Position numbers and translations under genes: made by a program. Shown here in pieces: positions 43,702 through 51,732 of a stretch of 64,000 nt of DNA. The stretch comes from an uncultured Candidatus Saccharibacteria bacterium. Its GTDB lineage: Bacteria > Patescibacteriota > Saccharimonadia > Saccharimonadales > Saccharimonadaceae. The first letter of the stretch is position 1. Every line of letters starts with the position of its first letter. Location: assembly GCA_963522905.1 (NCBI GenBank), contig CAUQYS010000003.1, positions 42,845 to 106,844 of the forward strand, in the 5' to 3' direction. The notes beneath the pieces are model-generated. The model did not search any database and was not told the origin of the DNA. It worked only from the letters and a program-made list of their open reading frames with translations.

Positions 43702-43710
43702 AGTATAGCA
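43702..43710 (-). promoter_or_regulatory. Extended -10 promoter (TGcTATACT, minus strand), leaderless
   Basis: The reverse complement of AGTATAGCA is TGCTATACT. Six nt follow, then the ATG at 43695. Confidence 0.6.
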
Positions 43711-43761
43711 GATAATAGCGCTTATGGTTGGCAGTGCGAGGAATGGTACAATAAATATAGT

Positions 43762-44013
43762 ATGGAAGAGCAGCCAGCTGCACAGCCATCACGACCAGAG
43801 CGACTCCCACACTACGCACCAACTGACCTTGCGTCGCGCATATTCTACTTGCGCATACGAGTGCGACAGCAAAAGGGAACGGCGCTTCCGTCGCAATGGA
43901 TGCGCGATGCTGCCTGCAGCCCGGCCACAAGCGAAGATCTGCTTATGCTTGGCAAAACAACAGTGGTGTGGAATAATGCAGAAGCTAATGTTATTTTTAT
44001 AGCAAAAGAGTAA
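43762..44013 (+). CDS. Hypothetical 83-aa protein with a WhiB-like N-terminal W-x3-AAC motif only
   Basis: Internal ATG of ORF 43528..44013 (MEEQPAAQPSRPE...). TGgTACAAT lies 9 nt upstream. It contains SQWMRDAACSPATSEDLL but no CxxCxxxxxC. Confidence 0.35.
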   Translation: MEEQPAAQPSRPERLPHYAPTDLASRIFYLRIRVRQQKGTALPSQWMRDAACSPATSEDLLMLGKTTVVWNNAEANVIFIAKE

Positions 44014-44019
44014 ACATCT

Positions 44020-44454
44020 ATGAAACGCGAACAACCAAGAAAGCCAACACCTGCCACACAGGCAATGCGAGAAAAAATGAAGAGTGATGGCGTGAGCCCA
44101 GCACGGTATGTTGCAGAGCAGCTACTTCGGGGAGAGAAAGTACCAGATATATCGGAGTGGATTGCCTTAGCGGCGTGCGGCTCAAAAGGTCCATTTTACT
44201 TTGACCTCGATGTTCCCAGCCCTGATGCAAACAAACCAGAGTATTCTCGGAAGGCCGATATCGCTCGGCGAGCACAGTTTGCAAAGCAGGTGTGTAGTAT
44301 GTGCTCAGCGCAGTATGAGTGTTTAGCAAGTCAGTTAGGTCGCGGGCAGGATGACGATAGTTTGATTGTTGGTGGCACAACGAAGAGACAGCGCGAAGCA
44401 GCGCGTCGGTGGGCGGGGCAAGTCAAAAAAGCCCAAATCTCAGACAATCTGTAA
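44020..44454 (+). CDS. WhiB-like (Wbl) 4-Cys iron-sulfur transcription factor candidate
   Basis: Contains SEWIALAACGSKGPFYF...AKQVCSMCSAQYECLA, i.e. C-x(n)-C-x2-C-x5-C. This is followed by a turn LIVGG (compare GVWGG) and a basic tail TKRQREAARRWAGQVKK. Confidence 0.6.
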   Translation: MKREQPRKPTPATQAMREKMKSDGVSPARYVAEQLLRGEKVPDISEWIALAACGSKGPFYFDLDVPSPDANKPEYSRKADIARRAQFAKQVCSMCSAQYECLASQLGRGQDDDSLIVGGTTKRQREAARRWAGQVKKAQISDNL

Positions 44455-44619
44455 CAAAAACACCAATCGCCACACTCGCACAAATGATACATTTTGTAGC
44501 AAAGTAGCACCCCTCTTAGCACGTAGCAAGGGATGCTATTGAGTGGTAGAGGTGTGGCGATGTGGGTGTGGTGTGCCTTGCGACGCAACGCCGCGTTTTA
44601 TCCTGCAAGACACTGCTCA

Positions 44620-44628
44620 TGCTATAAT
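44620..44628 (+). promoter_or_regulatory. Extended -10 promoter (TGcTATAAT) for the GH16 gene
   Basis: Perfect TGnTATAAT about 100 nt upstream of ATG 44729. Confidence 0.55.
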
Positions 44629-44728
44629 AATTGAAAAATCCGACAAAACGTGTACACTTATATAATAACGTATATAAGCGCGGATAGTGCAGGCTGAGGA
44701 GATAGGAGTGCAGCGACGAGGTGGGCTG

Positions 44729-45943
44729 ATGTATGGAGTAGTGAGTGTCCTTGTTGCGGGTGCTGTGTCGGTGATGTTTGGTGGGGTTGCCCAGGCGCAG
44801 CAGTGGCAGATGGTGTATAACGAGGAGTTTACGGCGCCACTGTCGAATTGGAAGGTTCTTCAGCAAAATAAGGATAATTATGGCAAGGAGCATTTGGCAT
44901 ATAGCGCCAACAATGTTGCGGTGACTAACGGCGCTTTGCAGATTACGACCCGGCGTCACTGCGTGTCGAGTGTGGCTGAGCCACTGGGCGATAGTAATGC
45001 GAGCCAAGAGCCGTGCCCATCTGGCAAGATGACACGCTACCAGAGTGGGCGAGTGGAGTCGGGTCGGGTGCTCGATGGGCATAAGCCATTCCGTGTGGAG
45101 GTACGAGCGAAGATTAATTGGAATGGCGAGAATGGGACGCGCCCAGCTATTTGGCTGCGCAATAGTGTGACACTTGCCAACTGTAGCAACAACAAGCAAG
45201 CGAATGACCCCTATGGTGAGCTCGACATGCTGGAGTGGTATTCATGGACGCCGACCTATACGTGGTCGACGACGCATATTCGTTGTTACCACAGCCCGTC
45301 ATCACAGATATGGAAGACGAAGGGGTTAGGACATAGCCGAGAGAACCTACTGCCGTCCCCAGTGACGTTGGCGAACGACTGGCATGTCTGGGCGACGGAA
45401 TACGATGGTGAGACGGTCAAATTCTTTGTTGATAACCAGCCGGTGCTGGTGTATAACTATCGAGCGGGCGATGAGAAGAGTCATCCAACCACTCGAGTTC
45501 CGTCAGAAAAACCAGCAAAAATGGGCATGGATGCGAATCAATTCAAGCAGGTCTTTGACGATACGTGGTACGTCATCCTCAACGATTATGTGGAGTGGAA
45601 GAGTGAGGAGCACCCGCCCGACTCATCGAAGAAGTTTGCCAACCAGACCTTCCTTATCGACTACGTCAAGATATACCAAAGCGGCACTCCGGCTACTGGC
45701 GAAAAACCACCGGCTGCTCCACCAGAGAAAAAGGACGACAAGAAAGATAAAAAGCCGGGCACCAAACGGATGACGGTGAAGAAGAAAAAGGGTGCGTTTG
45801 CTGCGCAGGGTCCGCTGGCTGAGCTGATGAGCAACTTTGTGCCAGCACTGCTGCTGAGCCTGTGTTTGCTGCTTATCGCACTAGCTGGCTGGCTAGTGTG
45901 GTGGTGGCGTCGCCGTCGCCACCGCGCTCCGCCCGCGCCGTAG
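44729..45943 (+). CDS. Glycoside hydrolase family 16 (beta-glucanase-like) with C-terminal Pro/Lys linker and membrane anchor
   Basis: ATG 44729 after GAGGTGGG. Signal peptide MYGVVSVLVAGAVSVMFGGVAQA. Catalytic ExDxxE motif in YGELDMLEW. C-terminal region KPPAAPPEKKDDKKDKKPG...LLLSLCLLLIALAGWLVWWWRRRRHR. Confidence 0.75.
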   Translation: MYGVVSVLVAGAVSVMFGGVAQAQQWQMVYNEEFTAPLSNWKVLQQNKDNYGKEHLAYSANNVAVTNGALQITTRRHCVSSVAEPLGDSNASQEPCPSGKMTRYQSGRVESGRVLDGHKPFRVEVRAKINWNGENGTRPAIWLRNSVTLANCSNNKQANDPYGELDMLEWYSWTPTYTWSTTHIRCYHSPSSQIWKTKGLGHSRENLLPSPVTLANDWHVWATEYDGETVKFFVDNQPVLVYNYRAGDEKSHPTTRVPSEKPAKMGMDANQFKQVFDDTWYVILNDYVEWKSEEHPPDSSKKFANQTFLIDYVKIYQSGTPATGEKPPAAPPEKKDDKKDKKPGTKRMTVKKKKGAFAAQGPLAELMSNFVPALLLSLCLLLIALAGWLVWWWRRRRHRAPPAP

Positions 45944-46012
45944 AGCGGGTGGCAATTAGCAAGGGAGAGGTGCGGCTGCGAGATACTCCCATGCCGCTCA
46001 GCGCTTCACCAA

Positions 46013-46021
46013 TGCTATACT
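46013..46021 (+). promoter_or_regulatory. Extended -10 promoter (TGcTATACT), leaderless polA
   Basis: TGcTATACT is followed by 6 nt (agaact) and ATG 46028. Confidence 0.6.
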
Positions 46022-46027
46022 AGAACT

Positions 46028-48595
46028 ATGATGAAGCGCCTAGTGATTATTGATGGCAAAAGTGTGTTCTACCGTGGGTACTATGCCATGCCCAACCTTT
46101 CGACGGCTGATGGCACACCAACTGGCGGGGTGTATGGCTTTGCGGCGCTGAGCCTAGAGCTGATCAAGCGCCTCCAGCCAGACTATGTGTGCGTGGCGTG
46201 GGACAAGCCCAAGACGAATATCCGTCGCCGTCTTGCCATTTACGACCAATACAAGGCTGGTCGCAAGCCGGCTCCGCCAGATTTTTACGCCCAGATACCG
46301 CTACTCCACGAGCTTTTGCAGGCCTTTGGTTGGCCGCTATATGAGTTTGATGAATATGAGGCAGACGATATTATGGCGACGCTCGATGCTCAGGCTGAGC
46401 AGGAGGGGGATATCGAGACGTATCTTATAACGAGCGACCTTGATGCCTTGCAAATACTCGACCAAAATACCTACCTCTATGCCCTGAAGAAAGGCTTGAC
46501 CAATATCGACAAATTCGACATCGCTGCCTTTGAGCAGCGCTATGGTATTCGGATTAGCCAGTTCCTCGACTTTAAGAGCCTCAAGGGCGATGCGTCGGAT
46601 AATATCCCGGGCGTGCCAGGCGTGGGGGAGAAGACGGCGGTTACGTTGCTGCAGCAATTCGATACGCTTGACAACCTTTATGATAACCTCTGGCAGGTCA
46701 AGGATACGCTGCGGCGCAAGCTGGAGCAGGGCAAAGATTCGGCCTATATGAGCCGCGAGCTGGCGCGGCTATATACCGATGCACCAGTGACGCTTGACCG
46801 AGCAGCGATGGCGATGGATAACTGTGACCCAGCGGCGGTGCGGGCGATGTTGCAGCGGCTGGAGTTTCGTAGTTTGCTGCGCCAACTCCCGCCACAGATG
46901 CAGGCGGCAGAGAGTACTCAGCCACCCGATGCACCAGTGGTGCAGCATGCGGCCGAGCTGCCTGCTCACCAGGCTAAGGCGCTCTTCCTGATGGCCAAAG
47001 AGCTGCTGGTCTGGCCGGTCGAGGGCGGTGTCTGGGTGAGCCACGAGCGGGGCAAGGCGGCCCGCCTGAGCTGGCGTGATGCGGTTGATGTTATCCCGCA
47101 TGTGCCGATTGTCGGGCACCGCACCAAGGAGCTATTACGCCACTTACTGGCTCGTGGCGTGCGGCAGCTGCCAGTCGTGAAGCATGATACCGCCCAAGGG
47201 TCGTTTTTGCTTAATCCCCTGCGCACGTCGCGGGCACTGGCTGATCTCGCAGGGCTGGAATCGCTTGATGACCCACGCCTGGCCATTAGTGCACTGTGGG
47301 CGGTGTACGATGAGCAAGCTCAGGCACTCGATGCGCTGCCCGAGCTTGCCCGGGTGGCCCGGACAATGGACTTTCCGCTTATTCCTGTGCTAGCGCGGAT
47401 GGAGTGGCGCGGTATCCGGCTCGATAGCCGCACACTTGCGGCGATGCAGCGCACCTTGAGTAGCGAGATCGCCGAGTTGCAGCAGCAGATCTATGGCATG
47501 GTGGGGTATGAGCTTAATATTGGCAGCCCGGCCCAGCTAGCCGAGGCGCTCTTCGTCAAGCTTCAGCTGCCAACAGCGGGCATCAAGAAGGGCAAGACGG
47601 GTTACTCGACGAGCCAGAAGGAGCTGGATAAGCTCCGGCCGCATCACCCGATTATTGGGCTAGTGGAGCGCTACCGCGAGCTGACGAAGCTGCAAAATAC
47701 GTATGTCGAGGCGCTGCCGCAGCTGACCGATGACGCGGGCTATATCCATACCACCTTCAACCAAGATGTGGTGGCGACGGGCCGGCTCAGTAGTACCGAC
47801 CCAAATTTGCAAAACATCCCTATCCGCAGTGAGCTGGGGCGGCACGTTCGCGATGCCTTTGTGCCAGCGCCGGGCAATGTGTTTGTCAATGCCGACTATT
47901 CACAGTTTGAGCTGCGCCTAGCGGCGGTGCTGTCGGGGGAGGAGGCGATGATTCGTGATTTTAATACCGATATCGACATCCATGCCAACACCGCCGCCCA
48001 GGTGTATGGTGTGCCGCTCGATGTCGTGACGAAAGAGCAGCGCCGCCGAGCCAAGGTGGTGAACTTTGGTGTGCTGTATGGGATGAGCCAGCATGGCCTG
48101 GCCGCCGCCGCGCAGATGAGCTATGCCGAGGCGCAGCACTTCATCGATGAATACTACCGCCTCCGGCCGAAGCTCAAAGCCTATATGGCGCAGACTATCC
48201 AGCAAGCGCATGATGCGGGTTTCGTCCAGACGCTGTTTGGTCGCCGCCGCTGGACGCCGGATGTTGCGTCGCGCAACTTTGCGGTGCGCAGCGCTGCCGA
48301 GCGAGCGGCTGCCAATATGCCGATCCAAGGTACCGAGGCTGACCTCATGAAGCTTGCCATGCTGGCGGTGGAAGACAAGCTGGCCCAGGCTGGAGAGCAG
48401 CTAGCCGACGGCGATGGCCAGCCGATCGGTTGGCAGGTGGTACAGATCCACGATAGCATTATGGTAGAGTGCCCGCGTACTCATGCCGAGCAGGTAGGCC
48501 GCATCCTGCGCGAGACAATGGAGCATATTTATCCGCAGCTTGGCGTCAAGCTCAAGGTCGATGTCTCGATTGGTGAGCATTGGGGAGCGGTGTAA
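46028..48595 (+). CDS. polA: DNA polymerase I (5' nuclease plus polymerase; 3'-5' exonuclease motifs degenerate)
   Basis: 5' nuclease region LVIIDGKSVFYRGYYA...YEADDIMATL. Polymerase motifs DYSQFELRLAA, RRRAKVVNFGVLYG and QIHDSIMVE. The Exo I/II positions read LVWPVEGG and VGHRTKELL, lacking the DxE and NxxxD acids. Confidence 0.93.
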   Translation: MMKRLVIIDGKSVFYRGYYAMPNLSTADGTPTGGVYGFAALSLELIKRLQPDYVCVAWDKPKTNIRRRLAIYDQYKAGRKPAPPDFYAQIPLLHELLQAFGWPLYEFDEYEADDIMATLDAQAEQEGDIETYLITSDLDALQILDQNTYLYALKKGLTNIDKFDIAAFEQRYGIRISQFLDFKSLKGDASDNIPGVPGVGEKTAVTLLQQFDTLDNLYDNLWQVKDTLRRKLEQGKDSAYMSRELARLYTDAPVTLDRAAMAMDNCDPAAVRAMLQRLEFRSLLRQLPPQMQAAESTQPPDAPVVQHAAELPAHQAKALFLMAKELLVWPVEGGVWVSHERGKAARLSWRDAVDVIPHVPIVGHRTKELLRHLLARGVRQLPVVKHDTAQGSFLLNPLRTSRALADLAGLESLDDPRLAISALWAVYDEQAQALDALPELARVARTMDFPLIPVLARMEWRGIRLDSRTLAAMQRTLSSEIAELQQQIYGMVGYELNIGSPAQLAEALFVKLQLPTAGIKKGKTGYSTSQKELDKLRPHHPIIGLVERYRELTKLQNTYVEALPQLTDDAGYIHTTFNQDVVATGRLSSTDPNLQNIPIRSELGRHVRDAFVPAPGNVFVNADYSQFELRLAAVLSGEEAMIRDFNTDIDIHANTAAQVYGVPLDVVTKEQRRRAKVVNFGVLYGMSQHGLAAAAQMSYAEAQHFIDEYYRLRPKLKAYMAQTIQQAHDAGFVQTLFGRRRWTPDVASRNFAVRSAAERAAANMPIQGTEADLMKLAMLAVEDKLAQAGEQLADGDGQPIGWQVVQIHDSIMVECPRTHAEQVGRILRETMEHIYPQLGVKLKVDVSIGEHWGAV

Positions 48596-48689
48596 GAACA
48601 CCAACCGAACAGAGGTCGACCTCTGGACAAACCGCCTACAGCGGTGTATAATCTGGGCCATCACAAGCAAGACAGAATAGAGGTTAGGC

Positions 48690-49490
48690 ATGGCACAAAG
48701 CGAAGCAGTATATTCATCATTTCCTCGTGGTGGAGCATGTAGTGGCCTTGAGCTGCCCAACCCAAATGAGCTACCAGCGTATGTCGATAGCGCAGACCGC
48801 TACGCCCCTGAGCAACATCCCACCAGCTACCACACCATGCGCAGTGCTATCATCGAAGCAGCCCAGGCGAGTGGTGAGCTGCAGCCCCTGACTGAGGCGG
48901 AGATGGAGCGGCGAATGCAGCAGGAGGCAAGGATTGAGCATCTCTTGCGAGAAGCAAGACGGGCTGAGATCTATGGACGAAATCTGCCTGCAGAAAAAAC
49001 CCGCGCCGCGCTGCAAAAGCTAGAGCAAAAAACAGTGCCAACTTTTGGTTTTTTGTATAGCCCACAGGGAGATCTGGTTGCATTTGACCACTCTCGGTTC
49101 GACTCGATGAACCCGGCCGATTGGCGAGTGGTCTGCTGTGATGTGGGTGGCGAGCCGTATGAGGCTCGAGTGACCGATGTGTATCAATACACACCAAAGA
49201 CACACAAAAAGTTGACCGAGATGGGCATCTTGCCCGCAGCGATCGATGCACGCATCGTCGTCACTATAGAGGTAGAGCAGGGTGGCGAAGCGGTGTATCA
49301 TATCGATTGCTACGATGGTAAATCACCAATTGTAACGGGCAAAATACTCAGCCATCACGCAGCAAACGGCGAACCAACAGTGTACTTGAATGAGTGGGGT
49401 GGCACAGATGCTGCCGAAGTGAGTGCACGCGAAGCTCAGGATGATTCTGCTCGCGATAATAACGAAACAACACTCGTTCGTGCGGCCTAG
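48690..49490 (+). CDS. Hypothetical soluble protein
   Basis: 266 aa with no signal peptide or TM helix. No homology recognised. Confidence 0.45.
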   Translation: MAQSEAVYSSFPRGGACSGLELPNPNELPAYVDSADRYAPEQHPTSYHTMRSAIIEAAQASGELQPLTEAEMERRMQQEARIEHLLREARRAEIYGRNLPAEKTRAALQKLEQKTVPTFGFLYSPQGDLVAFDHSRFDSMNPADWRVVCCDVGGEPYEARVTDVYQYTPKTHKKLTEMGILPAAIDARIVVTIEVEQGGEAVYHIDCYDGKSPIVTGKILSHHAANGEPTVYLNEWGGTDAAEVSAREAQDDSARDNNETTLVRAA

Positions 49491-49567
49491 CGGACGGACA
49501 CGTATCTACTCTCCCACTCTGCATACGCACAGTAGCTCGGTATGGAAATACGCTAGGCTATGCTGGC

Positions 49568-49596
49568 TTGACTTTTCTTGCGGGAGGTTCTATTGT
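49568..49596 (+). promoter_or_regulatory. Sigma70-type promoter TTGACT-N17-TATTGT
   Basis: -35 TTGACT (49568-49573), a 17-nt spacer, and -10 TATTGT (49591-49596), 40 nt upstream of ATG 49637. Confidence 0.55.
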
Positions 49597-49636
49597 GTAA
49601 CAAACCAATAACAACACACTCACGGAGATATCCCTT

Positions 49637-50773
49637 ATGACCTTAATGCCACCAAACGGTAGAGATTTGAGCCCAGATCAGCTATGGGAGCTCAAGGGGA
49701 AGCAGCGCCGCAAAGGATATGACAAAACAGCCACGCAGCAACAAGCCGAAAATAAAGCTGCTGTTAATAGTCTCTACGCCGGCCTTGGCGGCAACAGCGC
49801 GCCCAGCAGTACCTTTGACAAAACAGATACTGCTACGCAAGAGAATAGCGACCCGCGGATGAATGACCTTGCCGCGCAGGTGGGTGCGCTGTATGGCACT
49901 CCCCAAGCCCATAAGCGAGAGAACCCTGATGAGATGGCGACAAATCGCTTCTACTGGGACGTGAGCAAGACTGGCGAACCTAATGAGGCAGAGAAGGATA
50001 GTGCTCTGCCAGCTAAGCAGTATGAGCCACTTACTCCTGAGGATGAAGGCGATCACTTGCTAAATGGCCGCCGGACGAGTGCACGCAAGGTGTATAATCA
50101 GCTTGATGCATCGACAGCTGATCGTTTGGCTGGGGAGGGTGACTCGCGGCTTGCGGCGCTTGATGTGATCGATGGCTTTGGCGACTCGATCCATGTCAAC
50201 CAGAAAGGGAAATTTGACAATCAACTAGGCAAGACCAAGACCGAGGTGCGGCAGCGGTTTGAAAAGCTTGGCATTGGTAAGCATCTTGATACGCGCGACG
50301 GTGACTTCACGCAGCGCATAGAAACCCGCGTTACCACAGAAGTGCTGGAAGCTGGCGTGGGTGACACTGGTGAGTACGTGATGGGCAAAGACCAAGTGAA
50401 TACTGAGACACATGGCGATATTCTCGATACCGACAAGGCACGTGAAGCAGTGCGAGCTGTTGCAGCAGAGGAGTTCTTGCTGTGCATCAAAAATGATGAT
50501 ATTGCATATAATGCGCTTGCAGCAGCTGACCCATCACTCGCACGTTTTGTTAGTGGCTATGGGAGCTTTTTCTCTGATCGCAATATTGAGAGTGAGACGA
50601 ATAAGAACCTCGCCGAGCTGGGTCGCCGTCTTGAGCAGTCGGAGCCTGCTATGCAGCTCATGCAGCAGATGCAAGAGCAAAAGCTCGCTGTAGCGCCATC
50701 TCCCGAGAACTCGCAAAACACCAAACAACAGCAATCTATCGCCGAGCACTTTGGCTTCGATCTCGCGGCATAA
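49637..50773 (+). CDS. Hypothetical acidic soluble protein
   Basis: 378 aa, Asp/Glu/Gln-rich, with no TM helix or signal peptide. No homology recognised. Confidence 0.45.
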   Translation: MTLMPPNGRDLSPDQLWELKGKQRRKGYDKTATQQQAENKAAVNSLYAGLGGNSAPSSTFDKTDTATQENSDPRMNDLAAQVGALYGTPQAHKRENPDEMATNRFYWDVSKTGEPNEAEKDSALPAKQYEPLTPEDEGDHLLNGRRTSARKVYNQLDASTADRLAGEGDSRLAALDVIDGFGDSIHVNQKGKFDNQLGKTKTEVRQRFEKLGIGKHLDTRDGDFTQRIETRVTTEVLEAGVGDTGEYVMGKDQVNTETHGDILDTDKAREAVRAVAAEEFLLCIKNDDIAYNALAAADPSLARFVSGYGSFFSDRNIESETNKNLAELGRRLEQSEPAMQLMQQMQEQKLAVAPSPENSQNTKQQQSIAEHFGFDLAA

Positions 50774-50844
50774 TCACAGGGATTTTTCCGCATTATACTC
50801 TCGGATCTATTGAGTTTTTGTAGGCTTTGTGGTATTGTACTCTC

Positions 50845-51450
50845 ATGTATAAAGGCGAGCGGCCAAAAGTTTTTCCGATTATTGTCACTATCTTGGTGAT
50901 TTCGTTGGTGGTGGCAGCAGTTGCGTCGGTCATCCGCATGGTGGCAACTCGCCAGGAATCGAATAACACCAATACGCAGCAATCGACCGAGAGCTTCTAT
51001 GACCAAGTGGTGGCGCATAATGCAACCAACAGTGTACGCTGGACAGTGCGCGGGCCGATTGTGGCAGATGAGACCTTCCGCTCGTACCAGATCGAGATTT
51101 CGCCCAATAAGCGGACGTATACGGTGTATCAAGGCTACTTAGATAAGCAGCTTGACCGCAAAGAGTTTGAGAACAACCAGCAGGCCTACGAGCAACTCGT
51201 GTATGCCCTGAGCAAGGCGCAGATCCAAGACACGCGCACTGTGGATGATGACGACGTGCGTGGGGTGTGTGCGACTGCTGGGCGGCTCTACACCTTCGAG
51301 ACAATGGATGGCGGCACGACGAAGACGCGCATCTGGACATCGAGCTGTCAAGGTTCGCCTGGCTCAATGAAGGCCGATGTACCTAAGATTCATGCACTCT
51401 TTGCCAACCAGATCCCTGGCTTTGCACCGATGTTTGATAAGACGCAATAA
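50845..51450 (+). CDS. Hypothetical N-terminally anchored extracytoplasmic protein
   Basis: ATG 50845 lies 6 nt after TGgTATTGT (leaderless). Anchor VFPIIVTILVISLVVAAVASVI. The ectodomain has two Cys. Confidence 0.5.
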   Translation: MYKGERPKVFPIIVTILVISLVVAAVASVIRMVATRQESNNTNTQQSTESFYDQVVAHNATNSVRWTVRGPIVADETFRSYQIEISPNKRTYTVYQGYLDKQLDRKEFENNQQAYEQLVYALSKAQIQDTRTVDDDDVRGVCATAGRLYTFETMDGGTTKTRIWTSSCQGSPGSMKADVPKIHALFANQIPGFAPMFDKTQ

Positions 51451-51486
51451 AAAGGCGCTGAGCGGCTCGCTCTCGAAGCTTACATA

Positions 51487-51623
51487 ACCTACTGTGGTTT
51501 TGCGCACCCTCTTATGAAATACCGTGACAGTTAGTTCTCTCCAGAGCACGGTTCTCTTGCGTAAGATCAAAAAAATTATTACAACTCCTCACACTCCATC
51601 CAATGAAGAAGCGGGGGAGGAGC
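51487..51623 (-). ncRNA. Candidate structured RNA / intergenic repeat element, copy E3 (paralog of 25482..25672)
   Basis: The minus strand reads GCTCCTCCCCCGCTTCTTCATTGGATGGAGTGTGAGGAGTTGTAATAATTTTTTTGATCTTACGCAAGAGAACCGTG...CACGGT...GGTGCGCAAAACCACAGTAGGT. It shares collinear blocks with E1: GCTCC, TCCCC, CTTCAT, GATGGAGTGTGA, GTTGTAATAA, CGCAAGAG and GTGCGC. Confidence 0.4.
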
Positions 51624-51716
51624 TTATACGCGGATAAAGATGGCTTTGAGGTATCGATTGTGCGATGACTCTGCGCGGATTGTCTGATGCTCATGCTAGC
51701 CACACCCCACCGCCAA

Positions 51717-51725
51717 TGGTATAAT
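51717..51725 (+). promoter_or_regulatory. Extended -10 promoter (TGgTATAAT), leaderless
   Basis: TGgTATAAT is followed by 7 nt and ATG 51733. Confidence 0.6.
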
Positions 51726-51732
51726 CGAGCGT

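Noticed and set aside
48609-48624. The perfect 16-bp palindrome CAGAGGTCGACCTCTG after polA as a Rho-independent terminator.
   Set aside because: The hairpin would have no loop and no T-run follows. It is more likely a protein-binding site or part of the AACAGAGGT motif family, and is reported under that finding.
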